Origin: Patescibacteria group bacterium
GTDB lineage: Bacteria; Patescibacteriota; Patescibacteriia; Patescibacteriales; UBA12075
Direction: 5' to 3'
Length of the DNA stretch: 24,424 bases
Assembly (NCBI GenBank): GCA_038248465.1
Contig: JBBRXK010000001.1
Location: forward strand, 1 to 24,424
Made by a program: the position numbers and the translations under genes. This document shows, piece after piece, positions 1 to 8,244 of this stretch. The notes under the pieces are model-generated. The model was not told the origin of the DNA. It ran no database searches and worked only from the letters and a program-made list of their open reading frames with translations. Positions within the stretch are counted from its first letter, which is position 1; each line of letters starts with the position of its first letter.

Positions 1-625
1 GCTCGCTACACAAGCAGTCAATGTGGTTTGATATCTCAAAAAGTCGCTCTCTTCCTAGATCTTCTCTCATTTTTCTCCTTTCAGCCGGCGATACTTTATC
101 GGAAAGTATTCTTTTGGCGAGTGGAGCGATCTCACTCATGAGATAAATAAACATTTCAATATCTTCCTCGACTGTGTTTATTTGAATGGGTGAGTCGGGG
201 GGCGGAATGTCTTCTTCAATTTTGACTTTTTCGATTACGTCGTATTTTTCGATAAACCTTAATACACGTTCACTTCTTTCCTTACCCATTAACTCTTTGC
301 TTAGAAGAAAATCGAACAAGGCTTGCCTGGGAATGTTTAATTCATCTGACATAGCCTGAAAAGTGAAATCAGATTGAATATAGCATATTCCAAGCCGTCG
401 TGCCTGCGGAGATAATTTATCAACTTCTTTTACCTGGTAGCCCAGCACATAAAGCCCAAACCTCAGATTTACCGCGTTGATTCCGATCGGAGACATCTCT
501 CCCTTAATCCATCTTTTTAAATTTCGAAGAGATATGTCCCTGAGAGATTCTGCCAAGGTCTTGAGTTGTTCATGCTTTTTGATTTCGCCTAGTCCATAAA
601 AAGTTTTTTCAGTCTCGTATTCCAT
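1..625 (-). CDS. Hypothetical protein with two putative XRE/Cro-like helix-turn-helix motifs; 3' end runs off the window (at least 208 aa)
   Basis: Not in the ORF track. Hand translation from ATG at 625 is open to base 1: MEYETEKTFYGLGEIKKHEQLKTLAESLRDISLRNLKRWIKGEMSPIG...FQAMSDELNIPRQALFDFLLSKELMGKERSERVLRFIEKY...ISNHIDCLCSE. SD AAGGAGG at 636-630, 4 nt before the ATG. LKTLAESLRDISLRNLKRWIKGEMSP and FQAMSDELNIPRQALFDFL fit the HTH pattern (inference). Confidence 0.75.
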   Translation of the reverse strand, partial: MEYETEKTFYGLGEIKKHEQLKTLAESLRDISLRNLKRWIKGEMSPIGINAVNLRFGLYVLGYQVKEVDKLSPQARRLGICYIQSDFTFQAMSDELNIPRQALFDFLLSKELMGKERSERVLRFIEKYDVIEKVKIEEDIPPPDSPIQINTVEEDIEMFIYLMSEIAPLAKRILSDKVSPAERRKMREDLGRERLFEISNHIDCLCSE

Positions 626-689
626 AAAACCTCCTTGGTTTTTTTATTTTGATAAAAAGAACAGTTATATTACTTTTTGGTAATATTTA

Positions 690-718
690 AATATACATAA
701 TAAATAAGTTTTTGTCAA
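690..718 (-). promoter_or_regulatory. Sigma70-type promoter for the minus-strand HTH gene
   Basis: Minus strand TTGACA (718-713), 17-nt spacer, TATATT (695-690), about 65 nt upstream of the ATG at 625. Confidence 0.65.
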
Positions 719-931
719 GGCAATTTCAGATTTTGTAAAGGTTTTATTAAAATGAGCTAAGTTGACGCTTCTATAATTGAATTTGTTTTCCACAAGCAAA
801 TTAAGAAATGGATAGGGTTAATAATTTATTATAATTAATCACTAAACCTGACCACAAAATTGAAAATTTAGTACATTAATATTAGCTAAAATAATTTTAA
901 AAATTTATATATTAAATTAAAGACAGCACTA

Positions 932-961
932 TTGCCAAAATATAGCTAAAAATGGTAAAAT
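932..961 (+). promoter_or_regulatory. Candidate sigma70 promoter for the HTH-TM / giant protein cluster
   Basis: TTGCCA (932-937), 18-nt spacer, TAAAAT (956-961) preceded by TGn (extended -10). The region is very AT-rich, so a chance match is possible. Confidence 0.45.
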
Positions 962-1057
962 ACTTTTGAATGAAAGAAATATCTCGGTACTCGAGAAAAT
1001 GATTTAAAATGTAGCCACGATGGTCGAGATAAAACGAATATTAGACAATTTCTGTAT

Positions 1058-1479
1058 ATGTCGGACAAAACCCTAATAAATCTAATAAGAAGCAGTCAAA
1101 ATAACTGGTTATTCAAATGACTATATTGGGCAGCTTATCCGTTCTGGGAAAATACCTGGAAAGCAGATTTATTCTAACATTACCTGGATGACCACCCCAG
1201 AGGCTATCAATGAGTACAAGAAAAAACGCCAAGAAAAAGGATACTGAGCTTGGAATATTGTACAAATTTCAGAATTATAGACGAAAATTGGTTATGGAAA
1301 TCGAGATATTTAAAATGATTTTTCAGAATTTTAAATCAGCACCACCACCACCACTGGTTTTACTAATATTTATAACATTTGCTGGCATCATGTATTCAGT
1401 ATTTTATTTTTCTTTATCAAAAAATAATCAAATAAAAGACTCAAGCCTGCAAACACAGTCACAAAAAATAAACTTTTAA
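1058..1479 (+). pseudogene. Frameshifted small protein: N-terminal excisionase/MerR-like HTH (HTH_17-type) plus C-terminal TM helix, about 139 aa if repaired
   Basis: ATG 1058 gives MSDKTLINL. The +1 frame from 1089 reads EAVKITGYSNDYIGQLIRSGKIPGKQIYSNITWMTTPEAINEYKK (HTH_17-like, no start codon of its own before the HTH). The next +1 frame (ORF 1210-1479) gives KNAKKKDTELG...PPPPLVLLIFITFAGIMYSVFYFSL (TM). Deleting one base near 1086 and one A in the A6 run at 1221-1226 joins all three parts. Confidence 0.65.
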
Positions 1480-1547
1480 TCTTTGCCTTAATTTAAGCGG
1501 AAGTCGCGAGGACAGTAAAAAAGAGACTTTCGTGGAATTGCATCCCC

Positions 1548-4500
1548 ATGCGCATCCCAAAAAAGCACAATACAACGTGCTCGGTTATTCCCCTGGATAA
1601 GAAATTACTCGGCGGAATGAGCAATATAAGCCAGCTAAAACTACGAATTTTTAGCTGGCCTTTGCTTTTTCTTGGGGCTTTTGTTTTGTTAATACTTCTT
1701 ACTATCGTACCTTGGAAAAATCTAATCAAGTCCCTTTGGGCAAATAGCGAAGATATAGAAACTATTAGTTTTTATGCAAGTGGCGTAAATACAGATAAAG
1801 CTGGTGAAAATTACGATGAAGGCTGGTGGCAAACAACAAAAGCTCAGCTAAATCCTGATCTAGCTAGTGACGCCAGTCTTATAGATTTTTCTGATCAAAA
1901 TTCGGCCTTTTATGCCGGTGGCAAATACTCCTTGGTCTTTTCTGCTTTTAATTTTTTGAAAGAAGAGGTGCCTTTCGAGACGCCTGAAGAGATTGATCCA
2001 TGGGATGAAGCGATGCAGGCGGAAAATAGCGAAGATATCCCAGAAGTAGATAACAGTGGAGAAGTAATTGTCGATGACTCGAAAGAAGATTTTTTAAATG
2101 AAGAGCTTGTAGTACCCATTCAACTGGATTCAGAAAGTCAGAACGAATCAGATGTTATTATTGAAAATGAAACTAATAAGCTAGAAGTGGACACGGAGAC
2201 ACCTGAAACAGTTGAAGAATTTTTTGATAATGATGGAGATAGCTCTAGCGACGCAAAAGTATCTAGCCCGCCACAATTACCGACTAATAGCGAATCGGAA
2301 AGCTCGAGAGAAATTAAACCGGTTTCAGTGTTAAATAATATTTTTGGATCAACCGAGGCCATTGCCCAAGAATACCTTACTTCGAAGGTCGAGAAATTTG
2401 AAGACCTGGGGGAATTCAAATCGGCTAAAATTAAATTGTCATTGGCATTTGGGGCTGTAAGTTCAATTAAAAATGAAGATGAAAATGAATCAATTAAGAA
2501 TGAGGATGAGGCAATTCAGAATGAAAATGAATCAATTCAGAATAAGGATGAGGAATTAAGAATTAAGAATGATGGGGTAGATACTTCGAGTGATAATTTT
2601 CCGGCGGCTGATACGATTGATCAAATGATTGCGCCGAGTGAAGATTTGAAGGTTGAGACCTTGCCTCCAGGTGAATCTGATCCAGAGGTGGAAGTGGTGC
2701 CGACAGAGGATAATGCCGAACCGGTTAAGGTGCCAACTGATGAGGCGAAACCAACTAGTCGGGCTGGTGCAATTTTTAGTTTGATCAAGGCGGCTCAGGC
2801 ACAAGTGGAGAATGCTTCGGGTACCAAGCTAGTCTTGTGGTATAGTCTAGACGAGGGGGCGATGGCGACAACTAGCCCGGACAATGCCCAGTTGTGGCAA
2901 CAATTTGACACCCTTGGCCAAGATAGTTTTTCCAATGCCCTGAATAGTGATTATCTAAGCTACGAGGCCGATTTTTTGAAATCTTGGGCCGATATTGAAA
3001 ATCTAAAAATAAAAATAGAAGCAGTTGATGGGGATGAGCTGAAATTTGTCGCCTATATCGATTCAGTTTGGGTGGAAGTGGACTATGATCCAGAAACAGA
3101 GCTTGAAAAAATAGAGAAGCGACAACGTTTTGAAGAAGCTTTAAAATTAATATCAGAACAGACCGTCTTTGAAGTATTTGAAGATGGAACTTTTGTTTTT
3201 GCCTATGAGAAGAATGAAAGACGGATTTGGGATACGCTATCAGAGATGCTTGGGGTGGGAGATTTTTGGAAAGATGTTTCTATATATGTTGATCTCTTTA
3301 GCAGTGACGGCGAGAAGATGGATATCCCCATGAGTGTGATTTTTAATTCTGATGGCGAAATGAATATTACGATTGACAGAGAGGGTAAAAGTATTATGCC
3401 CGGTAAATACAGTTTGCGTTTTCATATTGAAGACAATTCAGGAGAAGTGCCTGAAATTTTTGATATCACCAAAGATTTTTATTGGGGAGTACTCGTAATG
3501 AATACGAATAAAGATATTTACTTGGCTGGTGATTCTGCTTTTGTTCAGATGGCGGTACTTGATGAAGGCGGACACACAGTTTGTAATGCCAAACTAGAAC
3601 TAAATGTAAAAGGTCCAAATGGGGAGGAGGTTTATAAAAATTTCGGAGAGGGAGAAAATGCCATCAAGCTTAGTGACGCTTGTGGTCCGGATACGGTGAC
3701 GGACCAACCAGATTATTCTGTCTTTGTTCCCTTGCGTGCCGAGGGCGAATACGAGATGACTCTCAAAGCCACGACAGCATCTGGAGAGAAGAGTATTAGT
3801 CGTAGCCTGGTGGTAGGCGAGAGTGATTTTAGTATTGAGCGAATTTCGGCGACAAGAATTTACCCCAAAAGTGACTATGATATGCACATTAAAATTGAAG
3901 CAAACAAAGATTTTTATGGTGATATCAAAGAAGTTTTACCAGCTGGATTTAAATATAAACATTTAGACCTAAAAATAATAAATAAAAATACCTCGCTAGT
4001 CATGGATGGCACATATTTATTTAGTGAAGAGCGAGGACCAAACGATGAAGTGGAATTAATCTGGCACGAAGTAAGCTTATCACCGATTGATATTTTGGAA
4101 ATTAATTATACTTACGATGCACCAGACAAATCGCCCGAGACATTCCTAGCTGGTCCAATGGTGCTTAGTCAGAATAGTGAAGCGGTCTATAGCGAAAAAA
4201 GATCTTGGCAGATTGCGTCGGATGCATTGTTAAAAAGAGCCAGGACGGTGATGTTTCAAGCCGGTGTTTATAACGGTGCTGCGACAGCTGGTCAGAACAC
4301 TAACACGGATTATAAATTGGCCGCGTTTAACTGGCGTTTGGCTGAAACGGGTGTCTCAATAAAAAATGCTTACATTGTAATGGAAACACAATTTGAAGCC
4401 TACAATACCATTGGTGGAACCTATGCCGGATACAAACTTGGTTTTGATGCTTGTGTGGAGAATTGTAGCTCGGACGCCTTTGGGGTAGGCAGCGGACAAG

Positions 4501-7500
4501 TCTTGAGTGACAATGCCAATGCGCTGGTATATGACGAGGGTGAGTCCAATACGGGGCGTCTACTCCTGGATGTAAGTAGTGAAGCTCAGTTGGCGGCTTA
4601 TACTGGAGATAGCGTCTTGATGGAATCGCAGTTTGGCTATCGTCTTAAAAACTCTTCGGCCTATAGCTCTATAGCCAATCTGAGCGCGATGCTTATTGTT
4701 ACTTATACTTATGATCTTGAGGCACCTAGTATAACTAATACAGTGGTGTATCCAGTCGATTCAACTACGGGCACCAACAATGGTTCTACTAAAACTGGTA
4801 TCACCACTCATTGTACGGCAGACAATAACTGCCCCACCTTTGCTTACAACATGAATATTCCAGAATGGCCCGGCACCTCGACCTCCACCAATAGAGTATC
4901 ACAATTTTTTAGAATGGATTCTCATCCTTACAACAATACTATTTTTGACATCGAGCCTTATCTGGATATCGAGACCTATAATGTAGATAGTAGTAGATTC
5001 CATTATGAATCAGCGCTTAGTTCCAATGGAAATATGCCTCCGATGTATTTCCCGACTTGGGCAAATTCTGGATATGCCGAAAATCAGGATCAGCAGACAG
5101 AGTTTTATATGGGAGGCGCTACGACTACTTATGCTATCGGGGGAGAAGTTACGGAGACATATATCGCCTCGTCTTCGGCACCACTGAAAACTAGAACTGT
5201 TTCATTTCCGGTGGGAGTTATAAATAATGGTAATAATATGGTCTTGAACAGTAAAGACATAAGCGTGTTTTTCCCGGAGAATGGCAATGCGACTGGCACG
5301 GTGGATATCAAAAGCGCTTGGCTTAGACTAAGGGTGCATGGTGCGATAATCACTAATGCTTATACGGTAACTGTATCGACCAAGGCAGGAAACAGCGCAA
5401 CTTCGACTCCCCAGGCTTATGCTTATCGAGCTAACTCAGCTATTGTAAAACCGACTTTGAATCTATATCATATCATTCCGGAGACTGATTATGCCGAACT
5501 TGAGGAGGCAACAGCCAATTCGGGCAAGACTTTGCGCATTAATTCTACTTATAGTAATGGTAATTTTAGTGTGGCTTCGGCCGAGCTGATGATTACTTAC
5601 ACTTATTCGAGTGAGGCAAATGGCTATGCCACTAGCCTTAGCCTTTTTGGCGGACAGATGACCGCGGCGGCTGCGACGAGCACCACCCTGGCTACTGCCA
5701 ATTCGGTTTTTCCAGAGCAAAATAATAAGACAGTTTTGGCTGGTGGTTTATTTGCTAGTTTTATGAATTCAGATACAACCCGTGCTGTTGGGAACACGGT
5801 CCGTTTAATGGGAGTAAATTTGTCTACCACCATTCCATCATGTACTACTTCCTATAGAGCTCTTCCCGATTCACAAAACATGCACACGGAAATGATTGCT
5901 GAAGTTTCTAGTCTTATAAATACCACCGATAACCAGTCTTACAACGCTTGTTATGCTATAGACGATACAACCGTAGCCACCGATGTGGCTAGTATGAATG
6001 GTCAACTCGTCTACACCTATGGCTGGACAAACACTCCTCCCACGGGCACATTTAATTCTGCCTCATTCCGAATCGATGGCTCGGGCGTAATTGATCTTGA
6101 GGCCGAGGTAGACGATCTTGATGATCAGGATTGTCAGGCCAAGCTCGAATATGCGACTGGCACAACTTGTATTTTCTCTAGTCCGAGTAAGGCGACTATC
6201 GATGAGACGGATGCCAATATAACAGCCCTTTATCAGGATCCATGGGCAAGTAATGCGAACACTTATCAACTCGGTACGGCAAATGGCTACATCACTACTG
6301 CCTCTGGGTCAAACGCTGTGGCTTTCGACTGGAAATCCAAAAGTGATTTAGTAGAGCTTGATGGTGATTATTGTTTGCGCATTACCGCGAGTGATAGACT
6401 GCTTGACCAAGCGACACCAGCCACCACCACCATTTATATTGATAATAAAAAACCAAGTGCTCCAGAGGCCTTGTCTTTACATTCACGAACTGGCTCAGAG
6501 TTAGTTTTAAATTACGGCGCGACTAGCACCGAAACCAATTTTAAAGAGTACAAGATATTTTATAAAGTTTATGATGGCACTGATCCGACCGAAGCGAGTG
6601 CAGTGATTTCTTCGTCGACGGATAGTAATCTCGGGGACAAATATTTTAGCAACCAGGCCACCACTTCAATTTCTGGATTAAATATCAATGTAATTTATAG
6701 CATTGCTATCTGGGCTTATGATTATTATGGAAATGTCTCTAGTTCCAGCCGAGTAGATATTTTTACTAATGACGCACCGATTTCATCGTTTAATAACCCG
6801 ATATTACAAAAGAATGATGGCAGTGGGGCGGTCGATATTTCTATAGAAGCGGATGATTTGAATAACAATGATACCTTGAAGGCAAAAGTAGTGTTTGCCA
6901 CCGGCACCTCCTGTTCTTTTGTAACTCCTGCTACACCACTGCTCGATGAAAATGGAGCGTCAATTCAGGTAGATTTCGGTTCAATTACTATTTCCAACGC
7001 CAATCCTTATCAAGTAGGTGCGAGTAGTGCTTGGATTCTGACCTCGCCTGGATCGAATACTGTTCAATTTGACTGGTTGTCCAAAAATAATCTGCCCAGT
7101 GCCGATGGTGATTATTGTCTAGGTGTAATTGTAAATGATTCTTATGATGATCAGCTAGCTACTTCTACCACTATTGTGACAATCGATAATGTGAAACCGT
7201 TTTCGACCGGCAATTTGCTAACGGGGGAATTAGACGAGAGCCAGATAACTTTGATTTATAATACAGCTAGTCCAGCGACCGATACTCATGAACCAGCGAG
7301 CAATGCTTACAAAATATTTTACACACAAGGAACCACCGGAGTCAGCGAAGCCAACACCGAAGTTGATCGTAGTGACCTAGATGCTTACAATTATAAAAGC
7401 GCCACCTCTACGGTCGTGAACGGATTGTCTCAAAATACTTGGTATGTCTTTAATATCTGGTCTTATGATGATTATGGTAATGCGACTAGCGCCAATGAGA

Positions 7501-8012
7501 TTGCGATCAAGACCGATGCCAATATTACCAACAAGGCACTTACTTTTGTTAATCCGGCCGAGGGCGGATATATTCACAATATCGCCGCAGCGGGTACTGG
7601 AATTTGGACTTTTAGAGTGTTAGTCAAAGAGGTTAGTGGATACTATGCCATAGCTAGCACTACTTTGCGTCTAGCTAATGAGAACGACAATATATCACCA
7701 TATAATGATTTTGCTTTTAGTTGGGATCAGAGTTCCAATGTCTTTTCCGAGATCGGAGCCGATGTTAATTCCCTTGTAACCCTAAGTCCAACTTCAGTTT
7801 CTAATTGTGCGGGTGATTTTTGCACCTTGGATTTTGATTTGATATTTAGTAAAAAAATAATTAGTTCGAGTGTCGAGTTCAACGCCGAGCTATTTAGCGG
7901 TAATGATAGTTTGACCGTAGATCACGACGTGTATCCCAATTTTTATCAAGTGAGAGTACCATATTTGGAGCAGATGCATTATCGGTGGAGGAATGATAAT
8001 GGGGGAGAATAA
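1548..8012 (+). CDS. Giant surface protein P1 (2154 aa): N-terminal TM/signal, acidic region, MG-like module, unique beta-rich region, 2x (Cys-paired Ig-like + FN3-like), C-terminal YRWRNDNGGE tail
   Basis: 6.5-kb uninterrupted ORF. Hydrophobic segment WPLLFLGAFVLLILLTIVPW. FN3 hallmarks YKIFY...GL....Y.F.IW.YD.YGN.S. MG2-like NTNKDIYLAGDSAFVQMAVLDEGGHTV. The start could instead be the in-frame ATG at 1617 (GGCGGA upstream). Confidence 0.9.
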   Translation: MRIPKKHNTTCSVIPLDKKLLGGMSNISQLKLRIFSWPLLFLGAFVLLILLTIVPWKNLIKSLWANSEDIETISFYASGVNTDKAGENYDEGWWQTTKAQLNPDLASDASLIDFSDQNSAFYAGGKYSLVFSAFNFLKEEVPFETPEEIDPWDEAMQAENSEDIPEVDNSGEVIVDDSKEDFLNEELVVPIQLDSESQNESDVIIENETNKLEVDTETPETVEEFFDNDGDSSSDAKVSSPPQLPTNSESESSREIKPVSVLNNIFGSTEAIAQEYLTSKVEKFEDLGEFKSAKIKLSLAFGAVSSIKNEDENESIKNEDEAIQNENESIQNKDEELRIKNDGVDTSSDNFPAADTIDQMIAPSEDLKVETLPPGESDPEVEVVPTEDNAEPVKVPTDEAKPTSRAGAIFSLIKAAQAQVENASGTKLVLWYSLDEGAMATTSPDNAQLWQQFDTLGQDSFSNALNSDYLSYEADFLKSWADIENLKIKIEAVDGDELKFVAYIDSVWVEVDYDPETELEKIEKRQRFEEALKLISEQTVFEVFEDGTFVFAYEKNERRIWDTLSEMLGVGDFWKDVSIYVDLFSSDGEKMDIPMSVIFNSDGEMNITIDREGKSIMPGKYSLRFHIEDNSGEVPEIFDITKDFYWGVLVMNTNKDIYLAGDSAFVQMAVLDEGGHTVCNAKLELNVKGPNGEEVYKNFGEGENAIKLSDACGPDTVTDQPDYSVFVPLRAEGEYEMTLKATTASGEKSISRSLVVGESDFSIERISATRIYPKSDYDMHIKIEANKDFYGDIKEVLPAGFKYKHLDLKIINKNTSLVMDGTYLFSEERGPNDEVELIWHEVSLSPIDILEINYTYDAPDKSPETFLAGPMVLSQNSEAVYSEKRSWQIASDALLKRARTVMFQAGVYNGAATAGQNTNTDYKLAAFNWRLAETGVSIKNAYIVMETQFEAYNTIGGTYAGYKLGFDACVENCSSDAFGVGSGQVLSDNANALVYDEGESNTGRLLLDVSSEAQLAAYTGDSVLMESQFGYRLKNSSAYSSIANLSAMLIVTYTYDLEAPSITNTVVYPVDSTTGTNNGSTKTGITTHCTADNNCPTFAYNMNIPEWPGTSTSTNRVSQFFRMDSHPYNNTIFDIEPYLDIETYNVDSSRFHYESALSSNGNMPPMYFPTWANSGYAENQDQQTEFYMGGATTTYAIGGEVTETYIASSSAPLKTRTVSFPVGVINNGNNMVLNSKDISVFFPENGNATGTVDIKSAWLRLRVHGAIITNAYTVTVSTKAGNSATSTPQAYAYRANSAIVKPTLNLYHIIPETDYAELEEATANSGKTLRINSTYSNGNFSVASAELMITYTYSSEANGYATSLSLFGGQMTAAAATSTTLATANSVFPEQNNKTVLAGGLFASFMNSDTTRAVGNTVRLMGVNLSTTIPSCTTSYRALPDSQNMHTEMIAEVSSLINTTDNQSYNACYAIDDTTVATDVASMNGQLVYTYGWTNTPPTGTFNSASFRIDGSGVIDLEAEVDDLDDQDCQAKLEYATGTTCIFSSPSKATIDETDANITALYQDPWASNANTYQLGTANGYITTASGSNAVAFDWKSKSDLVELDGDYCLRITASDRLLDQATPATTTIYIDNKKPSAPEALSLHSRTGSELVLNYGATSTETNFKEYKIFYKVYDGTDPTEASAVISSSTDSNLGDKYFSNQATTSISGLNINVIYSIAIWAYDYYGNVSSSSRVDIFTNDAPISSFNNPILQKNDGSGAVDISIEADDLNNNDTLKAKVVFATGTSCSFVTPATPLLDENGASIQVDFGSITISNANPYQVGASSAWILTSPGSNTVQFDWLSKNNLPSADGDYCLGVIVNDSYDDQLATSTTIVTIDNVKPFSTGNLLTGELDESQITLIYNTASPATDTHEPASNAYKIFYTQGTTGVSEANTEVDRSDLDAYNYKSATSTVVNGLSQNTWYVFNIWSYDDYGNATSANEIAIKTDANITNKALTFVNPAEGGYIHNIAAAGTGIWTFRVLVKEVSGYYAIASTTLRLANENDNISPYNDFAFSWDQSSNVFSEIGADVNSLVTLSPTSVSNCAGDFCTLDFDLIFSKKIISSSVEFNAELFSGNDSLTVDHDVYPNFYQVRVPYLEQMHYRWRNDNGGE
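2464..2573 (+). repeat. In-frame imperfect 21-27-bp tandem repeat built from heptamers, inside P1
   Basis: Units such as caattaa-gaatgag-gatgagg and caattca-gaatgaa-aatgaat encode IKNEDENES/IKNEDEA/IQNENES/IQNKDEELR/IKNDG. Confidence 0.75.
6030..7520 (+). repeat. P1 domain repeats A-B-A-B (A about 148 aa Cys-paired Ig-like; B about 98 aa FN3-like)
   Basis: A consensus DGSG.IDIS.E..D...AK.EY..G..C.F..P...YQ.G....I.T..G.NTV.FDW.S...L...G.YCL.....D...DQ...ATTT..IDN..P. B consensus NFKEYKIFYK...ATT.I.GL....Y...IWAYD.YGN. Boundaries approximate. Confidence 0.85.
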
Positions 8013-8063
8013 TCAATTGCCCTTTTTCCAATCACACATTTTTTTTTCAATCGCTAAGCTTTG

Positions 8064-8140
8064 TTGTTATCCCGAACGCTCCTCTTTGTCATCCCGCACA
8101 CCCTTTTGTCATCCCGCGCACCCTTTTATATGACAGAAAA
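8064..8140. repeat. Tandem copies of the TTGTCATCCCG repeat family
   Basis: ttgttatcccg 8064-8074, ttgtcatcccgcacacccttt from 8086, ttgtcatcccgcgcacccttt from 8106 (20-bp period between the last two), and an inverted half atgacagaaaa at 8130-8140. Confidence 0.8.
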
Positions 8141-8165
8141 GTAATGTTTGGTTTGCAAATCACGA

Positions 8166-8214
8166 GTTTTCAGCGGTCCAACCGCTGTGGTACAGCGGTT
8201 GGACCGCTGAAAAC
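8166..8214. repeat. Perfect 23-bp inverted repeat with 3-nt loop; each arm is itself a hairpin
   Basis: GTTTTCAGCGGTCCAACCGCTGT (8166-8188), loop GGT, ACAGCGGTTGGACCGCTGAAAAC (8192-8214). Arms contain CAGCGGT-cca-ACCGCTG and CAGCGGT-tgg-ACCGCTG. Confidence 0.95.
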
Positions 8215-8244
8215 GGGGCTTGAAATAAATTTTCTTGAACAAGA

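Noticed and set aside
762-777. TTGACG followed by TATAAT
   Set aside because: Only 4 nt apart, incompatible with a single sigma70 promoter.
786-794. DnaA-box-like TTTTCCACA in the AT-rich intergenic region (possible oriC)
   Set aside because: Only one box found and no dnaA/dnaN or other origin-linked genes nearby; expected by chance.
1210-1479. 89-aa ORF as an independent gene
   Set aside because: Its ATG falls inside the HTH-coding frame; it is better explained as the 3' part of the frameshifted gene starting at 1058, although independence is not excluded.
3399-4223. Alpha-2-macroglobulin annotation for P1/P2
   Set aside because: Only MG-domain-like resemblance; no thioester CxEQ motif, bait region or A2M C-terminal architecture seen.
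8064-8214. CRISPR array
   Set aside because: Repeats are 11-21 bp and nearly abutting, with no 25-45-bp unique spacers; no cas genes. The same applies to 20447-20509 and the coding 69-bp repeats.
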